NCBI GenBank assembly: GCA_041695225.1
Contig: JBGFRI010000012.1
Span: forward strand, 1 to 45,997
Direction: 5' to 3'
DNA length: 45,997 nucleotides
Origin: Deinococcota bacterium
GTDB taxonomy: Bacteria; Deinococcota; Deinococci; Deinococcales; Thermaceae
The notes below the pieces were generated by a model that saw only the letters and a list, made by a program, of their open reading frames with translations, was not told where the DNA came from and ran no database searches. Positions 37,672 to 45,997 of this stretch are shown here, piece after piece. The translations under genes were made by a program, and so were the position numbers. Within the stretch, counting starts at the first letter, position 1; each line of letters opens with the position of its first letter.

Positions 37672-38040
37672 GATTACCTCGCCCACTTCAGCGAACTGCC
37701 TGCGCCCTGCTGGTAGAGTTTCTCCAGCGCCTGCCGCTGGCGCATGCCTGCAGCGCTCGTAAGGTGAGGCGCAGGGCTTCGGCGTCGTAGGGGTCTGCGC
37801 AGAGCAAAAGCTGGCCGAGGCAGGCGGCTTCCTGGAGATCGCTGGCCAGAAGCCCGCCCGTCTCGAGCCTTAGCGCGGGATACAGTGCGCTCGCTACCGC
37901 CTGGTCGCCCTGGCGGGCATCTTCGAGCTAGACCCCGTGCCCGAGCCGGGTGTCGGCAGTTGTAAGAAAGTCTTCGGCCTCGGAGCTGACCCTGCCCAGG
38001 GCGTAGCCGCTGCTGGCGCGTAGGACCACCGCTGGTCCCG
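37672..38040 (-). pseudogene. Decayed 3' remnant of a paralog of the 28553-31744 regulator
   Basis: Translates as SGYALGRVSSEAEDFLTTADTRLGHGV*LED...LGQLLLCADPYDAEALRLT...LYQQ...FAEVGEV, matching GGYALGAVESDVEVFL...DPYDLEALRLT...LYQQ...FLEVGEV; stop at 37928-37930 plus frameshifts. Confidence 0.85.
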
Positions 38041-38111
38041 GTGAAGACTCTCGCCCGCCCCTTTGGGCTTTTACATGCAGTCTGCCTCTGGGTGGGCGTT
38101 ATGCTAGGGTC

Positions 38112-39593
38112 ATGAGCCACCCGGCACCCAGCCCGGCCCAGACCGTCCAGGCACCCCGTGCTATCCGGCTGGAGGGGGTCTCGGTGGAGTTCCAGGGGCG
38201 GCAGGTGCTCAAGCAACTCGACCTGGAGGTGCGTAAGGGCGAGTTTATCGCCATCATTGGGCCATCTGGCGGGGGCAAGAGCACCCTGCTGCGGGTGGTG
38301 GCGGGGCTGCTCAAAGCCCAGCAGGGCACGGTGGAGGTGGTGGGCCAGCCCGCCATGGTTTTTCAGGACTACCGTCTGCTGCCCTGGCGCACCGTCGAGC
38401 AGAATATCCGGCTCCCCATCGAACTCACCGGGCGCGGCAAGGTCGAGACCCACCTGGGAATGAAGCCCTATCTGGGGCTCTACCCGCATCAGCTTTCCGG
38501 GGGCATGAAAGCCCGGGTAGCTATTGCCAGGGCGCTGGCTCAGGACTCCGAGGTGCTACTGATGGACGAGCCTTTCGCAGCCCTGGACGCTCTGGTGCGG
38601 GAGCGCTTCAACCTCGAGCTCAAACAACTGCACCAGCGCACCGGCAAAACCATTTTATTCGTGACCCACAGCATCCGCGAGGCAGTCTACCTGGCCGACC
38701 GGGTAGTGGTGCTCACGGGCGGCAGGGTAGAGGCCATTCTGGACACCAAGCACGAAGGGCGTATCACGGCTTTCACCGATGGTCTCGAGGCCGAGCTACG
38801 CGAACGGCTGGGTGTGGCCGACTCCACCTTCATCGAGCCCTCTCCCAGACCCAAGCGCCCGCCCTGGGAGGTTTTGGGGGTACTGGGGCTACTGACCCTG
38901 TTCTTCCTGGCCTGGGGCATCATGGCATACAGGGTTCCGGTATTTGTGCCCTCGCCCCCAGAGGTTTGGGAGGCCATGCGGCAGAACGCCGGTCTGCTGG
39001 TGCAGAACGCCCTGACAACCCTGCAGACCGCCGGGCTGGGCATTCTGGCCTCGCTGGCCATCGGGCTGCCCATTGGCTACGCCATGGGACAAAAGCGCTC
39101 GCTGGAGCGCCTGCTCTCCCCTTTCATTGTGGCGCTCCAGGCAGTTCCGACCATTATCGTGGCGCCCTTACTCATCATCTGGTTTGGCTACGGGCTGGTC
39201 TCCAAGGTGACGGTTGCCACCCTGATCTCCATTTTTCCGGTGCTGGTCTCGACCATGGTGGGGGTGCGGGAGGTAGACCGCATCTACCGGGAGGTTTTTC
39301 AGACCATCGGGGCCACGGCCTGGGGGGTGTTTAGCAAGCTCGAGTTTCCGGGCGCGCTGCCGGTAATCCTGGGCGGCCTGCGCCTTACCGTCTCGCTGGC
39401 CCTGATTGGGGCGGTGGTGTCAGAGTTTGTTCTGGGTGGCGGTGGCTTGGGGCATCTGGCCCAGACCGAGCAGCGCAACTTCAACTACGCCAATGCCTTC
39501 GCCGCCGTCGGGGTGACAGTACTGCTGGGCATCTCCATGTACGGACTGGTGGCCTGGCTGGAAAGTTACGTGCTGCGCTACCGCAGAAAGTAG
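38112..39593 (+). CDS. Fused ABC ATPase + permease (NitT/TauT type; candidate riboflavin transporter)
   Basis: GPSGGGKST, LSGGM, LLMDEPF and FVTH, followed by a permease with about 6 TM segments. Confidence 0.9.
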   Translation: MSHPAPSPAQTVQAPRAIRLEGVSVEFQGRQVLKQLDLEVRKGEFIAIIGPSGGGKSTLLRVVAGLLKAQQGTVEVVGQPAMVFQDYRLLPWRTVEQNIRLPIELTGRGKVETHLGMKPYLGLYPHQLSGGMKARVAIARALAQDSEVLLMDEPFAALDALVRERFNLELKQLHQRTGKTILFVTHSIREAVYLADRVVVLTGGRVEAILDTKHEGRITAFTDGLEAELRERLGVADSTFIEPSPRPKRPPWEVLGVLGLLTLFFLAWGIMAYRVPVFVPSPPEVWEAMRQNAGLLVQNALTTLQTAGLGILASLAIGLPIGYAMGQKRSLERLLSPFIVALQAVPTIIVAPLLIIWFGYGLVSKVTVATLISIFPVLVSTMVGVREVDRIYREVFQTIGATAWGVFSKLEFPGALPVILGGLRLTVSLALIGAVVSEFVLGGGGLGHLAQTEQRNFNYANAFAAVGVTVLLGISMYGLVAWLESYVLRYRRK

Positions 39594-39634
39594 CGCTATC
39601 CTGCAGTATTCACTAGCTGTTCAAGTCAGGTTTT

Positions 39635-40063
39635 TCACTCATAGCGCTGCATCACGTGGTAGGCAAATTCGTGCAGGAGTTCGGGGCGCTCTTGGTAGAG
39701 TTGCCACAAAAAGCGCAGCAGCTCGTCATCGGAAAGCTCGAGCAGCGGTTGCAGGTTGACCGGTGTGCTCTTGCCCAGTTTTTTCCGGGCGAAGATCTCG
39801 GGGGCCTCCAGGGCCGCAAAAGCCACCGCCGCCACGTGCTTGCACACCGGCCCCCAGGTATAGGGGCACGAACAGCGCCACTCGCCTCTGGCCAGGTTGA
39901 TCTCGACCCGGTAGGCAAAAGGCGCGCTGCCCTGAACTAAAGCCTGCAAGCGGCCCCGACTCCGGGCAGCCTCAACCACAGCACCCCCTAAAAAGAGTTC
40001 TTTACCTCGCTCCAACACCGTCTCGTGGGCAAGCTCCAGCAGGCTCTGCAATTCCAGATGCAC
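39635..40063 (-). CDS. SWIM zinc-finger protein
   Basis: RG..LF..G.V...A.VQGS..Y.V...CSCP....CKHVAA. Confidence 0.85.
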   Translation of the reverse strand: MHLELQSLLELAHETVLERGKELFLGGAVVEAARSRGRLQALVQGSAPFAYRVEINLARGEWRCSCPYTWGPVCKHVAAVAFAALEAPEIFARKKLGKSTPVNLQPLLELSDDELLRFLWQLYQERPELLHEFAYHVMQRYE

Positions 40064-40143
40064 CCGACCATCAAAATCCAGCCTGGTTCACTTTGCAACC
40101 CCAGGGTTTGTGACTAAACTAACTTTGGGCCGGTAGGCCCGAT

Positions 40144-40303
40144 TCCTTCAGGGCGGGGTGCAATTCCCCACCGGCGGTGAGTGGTGGTCTGGTCGTATCA
40201 AACAAAACCACCCAAGCCCGCGAAGCCTGGAAATTCGCGGTAGATCCAGGCCCGATTGCGTGAAAATCGCAAGCCGACGGTTATAGTCCGGATGAGAGAA
40301 GGG
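40144..40303 (+). ncRNA. FMN riboswitch (RFN element)
   Basis: CTTCAGGGCGGGGTGCAATTCCCCACCGGCGGT ... AGCCCGCGA ... GCCGACGGTTATAGTCCGGATGAGAGAAG. Confidence 0.95.
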
Positions 40304-40449
40304 GTGAAGCCCGGGTCTCCTGTGCCCGGGCGAAGCGGGATGGGCAATACTTCATAAACCCTCAGACAACCTTGGCTACTGGCATTGGGTCGAATGCAGT
40401 TCGTGCCTGCTCGACCCAGGGTTAGCACGGTTGTTTTGAGGAAGACAGT

Positions 40450-41412
40450 ATGCAAAGAATCATCGTGGTGATGGCAGTGTTGTTGTCGCTGGGTCTGGCT
40501 CAGAGCCAGACCGTAAGGGTGGGGCTGGGCTTCTTGCCCGATGTGCAGTTTGCCCCGTTTTATCTGGGAGTAGTGGAAGGAATTTACACTCGGCACGGTC
40601 TGCAAGTGGAATTCCAGCATGGCTTTTCGTCGGAGTTGTACCCGCTCTTAGCACAGGGCCGGCTCGAGTTTGTAGTGGCCGATGCCGAGGATGTAATTTT
40701 TCTGCGCACCCAGGGAATTCCGCTGGTCTACGTGCTGGCTTTCTATCAGAACGTACCCAACGCGCTCTTCTCGCGCACAGAAAAAAATATTCGCTCGGTC
40801 CGGGACCTGCGGGGCAGAACCATCGGAATCCCGGGAAGGTTTGGCACCTCTTACACCTCTTTACAGGCCATGCTACGCGCAGCCGGACTGAGAGAAGGCG
40901 ACGTGAGGATCGAGCAAATTGGTTTTACTCAGGCCGAAGCAGTACTGACCGGTCGGGTTGACGTAGCCATGGGCTTTGTCGTCAACGAGCCGCTGCTCTT
41001 GCGAGCGAGGGGAATCAGCCTGAACGTCATTCCTGCAGCTCCATACAACCTGTCGCCTGGCGTAGGGGTAATTACCACCGAGCGCGTTCTGGCCAGTCCC
41101 GATCTGGTGCGCCGCTTTGTGCAGGCCACCCAGGAGGCCATGGCCCTAACGCTAGAAGACCCCCGCAAAGCTTTCGAGGCCGCCAGAAGATATGTACCAA
41201 CCCTTGCAGAAGACCGGTTCAAAGTGCTGGAAGCCTCTTTGCGCCTCTATCAGTCGCCTTTCACCCGCCGAAACGGTCTGGGCTTCTCCAACCCCCAGGG
41301 CTGGCAGAGTGGGCTTAACCTGCTCAGACAGACCGGACGGGTCAGAACCGATCTACCCCACACCGCCTTTTTTACCAACGAGTTTTTAAGGCCCGGAGTA
41401 CAGCCCCGCTAA
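40450..41412 (+). CDS. ABC substrate-binding protein, NMT1/THI5 family (RibY-like riboflavin binder)
   Basis: Signal peptide, GFLPDVQFAPFY and DLRGRTIGIPG..G.SY; directly downstream of the FMN riboswitch. Confidence 0.88.
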   Translation: MQRIIVVMAVLLSLGLAQSQTVRVGLGFLPDVQFAPFYLGVVEGIYTRHGLQVEFQHGFSSELYPLLAQGRLEFVVADAEDVIFLRTQGIPLVYVLAFYQNVPNALFSRTEKNIRSVRDLRGRTIGIPGRFGTSYTSLQAMLRAAGLREGDVRIEQIGFTQAEAVLTGRVDVAMGFVVNEPLLLRARGISLNVIPAAPYNLSPGVGVITTERVLASPDLVRRFVQATQEAMALTLEDPRKAFEAARRYVPTLAEDRFKVLEASLRLYQSPFTRRNGLGFSNPQGWQSGLNLLRQTGRVRTDLPHTAFFTNEFLRPGVQPR

Positions 41413-41476
41413 ACCGTAGTAGTCGGGTAAAAAAATCGGTGTCAATCCCAGGGCCCCACGTATAGGTTAAAGTCAA

Positions 41477-41713
41477 ATGTCGAAGGTCGAAGGCCTAAAC
41501 CAAAACCTACAGCTGAAAGCCAGCGATCTGCGCGGAGGCTCTAGACTCTCCCAGTCCCGGTCCTGCCTAGACCTGCGACCTGAGACTTGCGACATCTAAA
41601 TGAGTCGATAATCAATGGTCGATAGTCAATGGTCGATAGTCAATGGCCAATAGCCGATAGCCTATAGCTCATAGCTTTTGACGTGCGACCTGAGACTTGA
41701 GGCTTGCGACATT
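41477..41713. repeat. Composite heptamer-repeat arrays
   Basis: ATGTCGAAGGTCGAAGG...GACCTGCGACCTGAGACTTGCGACAT; GTCAATG/GTCGATA runs; ATAGC runs-TTTTGAC...GCGACAT. Confidence 0.75.
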
Positions 41714-41734
41714 GTTGCAAACCGGAGGCACTGA

Positions 41735-42335
41735 CGCAGAGGCCTGCCCTGAGCCTTCGGGACGAGGCCCCTCAGGCCGAGGGCTTGCCGAAAGGGAGGC
41801 AACCCAAGGCCACCCTATCAGTCATCTGCTAACTGTGCTGCTCCTGGATTGCTTCGTCGGCCTCTGCCCTCCTTGCAATGAGCCTAGTATGTCAAGCCGA
41901 CCAGCCGCTCCCCAAGTAAATCCCCCCGGCCTACGGCCCCCTTAGTAAGGGGGGGTGGGGGTTTTTGCCCCCCTTAATAAGGGGGGTTGGGGGGATTTAG
42001 CAACACGCCAGTCTGCTGCCCACTCTATTGACATACGCGCCTTGCGCGATGGCGACCCATCGCCACCCCTTCAACCAGCTCAGGGCAAGGCTCAGGACAG
42101 GCCCGGTAAAATGTCAAAGGTCTAAGGTCTAAGGTCAAAGGTCTAACGACTTTCGACCTTCGACCTGCGACCTGAGACATGAGACACAGCCTCCTCCCAA
42201 TGAACCTGATAGCAGTTTGTCATACAGACGGGGGGTGTGCGGCTGATGGGCTTACCTCCCGCTCCTGGATGGAGCAATAAGCCCCATCCTCGGCCACTCC
42301 GTCACCCAGACTGATGTTTCGCCGGCCTGCGGCCT
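41735..42335. repeat. REP/MITE mosaic upstream of leuS
   Basis: GCCCTGAGCC..GCCGAA unit; GATTGCTTCG..GCAATGA unit; a GTATGTCAA...TTGACATAC-bounded element (41887-42036) with CCCCCTTA.TAAGGGGG hairpins; heptamer palindrome at 42110-42188. Confidence 0.65.
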
Positions 42336-42578
42336 CCTCACAAAAACGGGCGGGGAGACTTTGGCCCCTGGCAAAACCCCTTTACAGGACCAATCAGAGC
42401 CCTGCCAGCCTTCTAAGAGCAAATGGCGAGAGCAAAATCTTTAATTACAGGCTTGCAAAGGGTACAAAGCGCTCGGCTTGGTAAAAGTCTTAAGGCCCAA
42501 CGCTAAATTCCAGCTTGCGATTTCCACTTTTGGTCGGCAAGCCAATACAATAGCTGGTTGAGAAGTGGAGATCTAAAG

Positions 42579-45212
42579 ATGGTCACGACTGACAAGTACA
42601 ATCCCCACGAACTGGAGCCCAGGTGGCAGAAGTACTGGGAGCAGATTGGGCTACTCACAGCTACCGAGTCGCAAACTGGGGCAAAAAAGGCCTATATTCT
42701 GGTGATGTTCCCCTACCCTTCGGGCGACCTGCACATGGGGCACCTGAAAAACTACACCATGGGCGACCTGCTGGCTCGCTTTCGCAGCCAACAAGGCTAC
42801 TCGGTTCTGCACCCTTTTGGCTGGGACGCCTTTGGTCTGCCCGCCGAAAACGCCGCTCTAAAGGGCGGCGTGAGCCCGGCCGACTGGACCTTTGCCAACA
42901 TCCAGCAGTCCAAAGAGTCCCTTAGTCTGATGGGCATCCGCTACGACTGGAGCCGCGAGGTTACCACCTGCCTGCCCGACTACTACAAGTGGAACCAGTG
43001 GATCTTCCTCAAGATGTACGAGCGGGGCCTGGCCTATCGCAAAAAAAGCTACGTCAACTGGGATCCCGTCGAACAGAGTGTGCTGGCCAACGAGCAGGTC
43101 ATTGACGGGCGCGGCTGGCGCTCGGGGGCGCTGGTGGAGAAGCGCGAGCTCGAGCAGTGGTATCTCAAGATTACCGATTATGCCGAGCGGCTCCTCTGTG
43201 ACCTCGACAAACTCCCGCGCTGGCCCGAGAAGGTCAAGGCCATGCAGCGGGCCTGGATCGGCAAAAGCACCGGGGCCGAGTTTGGCTTCCAGGTCAAGGG
43301 TCATGACACACAAATTCGCGTCTTCTCTACGCGCCCCGATACGATTTTTGGCGCAACATTCATGGTGCTGGCCCCCGAGCACGAGCTGGTGGCCCAGATC
43401 ACCAGCCCTGACCAGAAAGCTGCTGTAGAGGCTTATGTAGCTGCTACCCGTATGAAAAGTGAGGTCGAGCGGCAGCTTGAAGACCGCGAGAAGACCGGGG
43501 TCTGGACCGGGGCCTATGCTTTGAACCCCGCGAGCGGCAAAGAGATTCCGGTCTGGATCGCCGATTACGTGCTATCGGGCTACGGCACCGGGGCCATCAT
43601 GGCCGTACCGGGGCAGGACCAGCGCGACTGGGAGTTTGCCGAGAAATTTGGCTTGGAGATCATCCGCACCGTACAACCCCCCCCAGACTTTAGCGGCAAA
43701 GCTTACCTGGACGACGGCCCCGCCATCAACTCGGGCTTTCTGGATGGCCTCCACCTGGAGGACGCCAAGCAGCGCATCATCGCCTGGATGGAGGAACAAG
43801 GTATTGGCGAGGGCAAGGTCAACTACCGCCTGCGCGACTGGCTGATCAGCCGCCAGCGCTACTGGGGTACCCCCATCCCGATGATCCACTGCGATAGCTG
43901 CGGCATCGTGCCAGTGCCCTACGAGCAGCTGCCGGTCGAGCTGCCTGCCCTGCGCGACTTAGACGAGATCCGCCCCAAGGGCAAGAGCCCGCTGGCCGCG
44001 CACCCCGAGTTCTACCAGTGCCACTGCCCCCAGTGTGACGGCAAGGCCCGGCGCGACACCGACACCATGGACACTTTTGTTGACTCGTCGTGGTACTTCC
44101 TCCGCTACACCGACGCCACCAACACCAGCCTGCCTTTTGACCCTAAGAAGGCCAGCTTCTGGATGCCGGTGGACCAGTACATCGGCGGCGTCGAGCACGC
44201 CATCCTGCACCTACTCTATAGCCGCTTTTTCACCAAGTTCCTGCACGATATCGGCATGGTGCAGGCCGCGGAGCCCTTCGAGGGCCTCTTCACCCAGGGC
44301 ATGGTGCAGGGCTGGACCGACGTGGGCGAGGTGGAGCTTCTGGGGAGCGACCACCTTCGCTTCAAAAGCCCCGATCTGCGAGCCCGGCTGGAAATCCCCG
44401 AGACCCTGTCGCTGGAAGAAGCCAGGAAGAGCGGGGCCGAGCTGCGCGTCCACCAAGACGGCACCACCCATTTCTGGAAGGCTGCCACCATGTCCAAAAG
44501 CCTGGGCAACGGGGTGATGGTGGGGCCATTTGTGAAAGAGCAGGGCGCCGACATTGCCCGCATCACCATACTGTTTGCCGCTCCACCCGAAAACGAGATG
44601 ATCTGGACCGACGAGGGCGTGCAGGGTGCCTGGCGCTACCTCAACCGGGTCTACCGCATGGTGGCCGAGAACCTGGTGGAGCTGAAAGCCCAGGGGGAGT
44701 ATAACCCGGCTTTGCTCGAGGTTACCGACAAAGGCCTTTACCAGAAGCTACACCAGACCATCAAGAAAGTGACCGAGGACATCGAGGCCCTGCGCTTCAA
44801 CACCGCAATTGCCGCCCTGATGGAGCTGCTCAATGCCCTGGGCGATTACCGCAAGGAGCAGGGCGTCACCCCGCTCTACCGCCACGCAGTGCTGTGTTAC
44901 TTGCAGCTGCTGGCCCCCTTCGCCCCGCACCTGGCCGAGGAACTCTGGCACGAATTCCACCACTCCTCGGTGTTTGGCGCCCCCTGGCCCAGCCTGGACG
45001 AAGCGGCCCTGGTAGCAGATCGCTTCGAACTGGTGGTGCAGGTGAGCGGAAAGGTTCGCGGCAAAACCACCGTTAGCGCCCTGGCCAGCGAAGAGGACAT
45101 TAAGCGTCTGGCGCGGGAACTTCCTAACGTGCAACAGCACATTGTGGGCAAGGAAGTGGTAAAGGAGATATACATTCCGGGGAAGCTGCTGAACATTGTG
45201 GTCAAGATCTAG
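42579..45212 (+). CDS. leuS: Leucine--tRNA ligase
   Basis: [41 protein letters not shown] and TMSKS; start is ATG 42579 (GGAG) or TTG 42558. Confidence 0.98.
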   Translation: MVTTDKYNPHELEPRWQKYWEQIGLLTATESQTGAKKAYILVMFPYPSGDLHMGHLKNYTMGDLLARFRSQQGYSVLHPFGWDAFGLPAENAALKGGVSPADWTFANIQQSKESLSLMGIRYDWSREVTTCLPDYYKWNQWIFLKMYERGLAYRKKSYVNWDPVEQSVLANEQVIDGRGWRSGALVEKRELEQWYLKITDYAERLLCDLDKLPRWPEKVKAMQRAWIGKSTGAEFGFQVKGHDTQIRVFSTRPDTIFGATFMVLAPEHELVAQITSPDQKAAVEAYVAATRMKSEVERQLEDREKTGVWTGAYALNPASGKEIPVWIADYVLSGYGTGAIMAVPGQDQRDWEFAEKFGLEIIRTVQPPPDFSGKAYLDDGPAINSGFLDGLHLEDAKQRIIAWMEEQGIGEGKVNYRLRDWLISRQRYWGTPIPMIHCDSCGIVPVPYEQLPVELPALRDLDEIRPKGKSPLAAHPEFYQCHCPQCDGKARRDTDTMDTFVDSSWYFLRYTDATNTSLPFDPKKASFWMPVDQYIGGVEHAILHLLYSRFFTKFLHDIGMVQAAEPFEGLFTQGMVQGWTDVGEVELLGSDHLRFKSPDLRARLEIPETLSLEEARKSGAELRVHQDGTTHFWKAATMSKSLGNGVMVGPFVKEQGADIARITILFAAPPENEMIWTDEGVQGAWRYLNRVYRMVAENLVELKAQGEYNPALLEVTDKGLYQKLHQTIKKVTEDIEALRFNTAIAALMELLNALGDYRKEQGVTPLYRHAVLCYLQLLAPFAPHLAEELWHEFHHSSVFGAPWPSLDEAALVADRFELVVQVSGKVRGKTTVSALASEEDIKRLARELPNVQQHIVGKEVVKEIYIPGKLLNIVVKI

Positions 45213-45290
45213 AAGAAGTAATTACGATTGGGCCGCGTTTTAGAGATCTGGGCCCTGGAAACCCCTTCTTGAGTAGAGTAGGATGCTTTT

Positions 45291-45614
45291 ATGGTCACCC
45301 TGCATAAGATCAATGCTCTGCGCGAGGGGCAGGTTTTGGAGTGCGTGGGACAAGATTCGGGGGACATTTTCCGAATGCTGATCATACATACCTCTCCCAG
45401 CCACTACGAGGCCCTGGGCAAGGTCACACTGAGCAATGCCAGCGTCAGTTACCTGTCTTCGAGTTCGATGACCGCCGACCTGCTGTTGCAATGGCTGGAT
45501 ACGCTTTTTGAGCGCTGGCCTGGGGCCAGAACCACTCCCTGGGCCGTACACGACCTGGACAACAAAACCCGGCAGTTTGTGCGTGAGGTTCGGCTGGGGG
45601 CTGCGGCTGCTTAA
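45291..45614 (+). CDS. Hypothetical protein
   Basis: 107-aa ORF with a TAGGAT-N6-ATG leaderless start; no recognisable family. Confidence 0.7.
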   Translation: MVTLHKINALREGQVLECVGQDSGDIFRMLIIHTSPSHYEALGKVTLSNASVSYLSSSSMTADLLLQWLDTLFERWPGARTTPWAVHDLDNKTRQFVREVRLGAAAA

Positions 45615-45679
45615 TTTTCGGCTAGCTGTTGCTGCTTTACCCATCAGAACCTTACCAAGAAAGCCTGGGAGGTGATTAA

Positions 45680-45797
45680 TCCATCCAGGAACGGGTCGTA
45701 AGCCCATCAGCCGCACACCCCCCGTAGTCATTGCGAGGAGGCCAGAGGCCGACGAAGCAATCCAGGAGAGGGTCGTCCAGCCCATCAGCCGACGGGG
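45680..45797. repeat. REP-like composite repeat
   Basis: 45680-45725 is an inverted copy of 42228-42273; 45727-45768 is an inverted copy of 41841-41881. Confidence 0.75.
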
Positions 45798-45997
45798 GAT
45801 AATGGACCCCATAAACTGGACACGAAAACCGCAGGCTCTAAGCGACACTAGTTTATGAGAAAGAACCACTCAGCCAGTTTCAAAGCGCAGGTTGTCCTGG
45901 AGCTACTCAGGGAAGAAAAGACTGTTTCGGAGCTGGTCTCTGCTTACGGGGTACACCCCAGTATGTTGCACCGCTGGAAGAAGGTTGCACTTGAAGG
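45798..45997 (+). mobile_element. IS3-family insertion sequence, left end and partial orfA (ATG 45855), cut by the window edge
   Basis: IRL-like ..TAATGGACCCCATAAACTGGACA; orfA MRKNHSASFKAQVVLELLREEKTVSEL..AYGVHP..LHRWKK. Confidence 0.85.

Noticed and set aside
27200..38100. Prophage or integron
   Set aside because: No phage structural or replication genes, no integrase and no recurring attC-like sites
42400..42578. Leu leader peptide or T-box upstream of leuS (27-aa ORF MARAKSLITGL...)
   Set aside because: Leu codons are scattered, there is no terminator/antiterminator pair, and a -10 box lies downstream of the ORF

Overview
This is a GC-rich chromosomal window. Gene content, many leaderless TANNNT-N6-8-ATG starts and abundant CTCGAG point to a Meiothermus-like member of the Thermaceae (Deinococcota); that assignment is inference. 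Core genes: minDE, rsmA, a Rad52/DdrA-like gene with a metallophosphoesterase, tRNA-Ala(CGC), chrA, methylmalonyl-CoA mutase large subunit, a radical SAM/SPASM enzyme, ppk1/ppx/sixA, two MFS transporters, thrS, folCBK, an FMN-riboswitch-linked ABC transporter and leuS. An IS3-family element is cut by the right edge. Accessory patches: a PIN toxin-antitoxin (TA) pair at 6.4-7.1 kb; an HTH + membrane-protein cassette at 11-12 kb bracketed by ~100-bp direct repeats; a nucleotidyltransferase pair and a coiled-coil + HNH pair at 21.2-22.6 kb; and an ~11-kb island at 27.2-38.1 kb. The island holds a STAND-ATPase/TPR/SARP-type regulator, a decayed paralog of it, 11-bp-period direct repeats, a zinc-ribbon gene, a papain-family lipoprotein, gene remnants and four TA loci. 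Notable items missing from the ORF track: a Thr-Thr leader-peptide attenuator upstream of thrS; a structured, often palindromic heptamer-repeat family (ATGTC...GACAT ends) in at least 11 intergenic spacers; a leaderless 54-aa membrane sORF; strong CTCGAG over-representation; and single-base frameshifts that are either pseudogenes or assembly indels.
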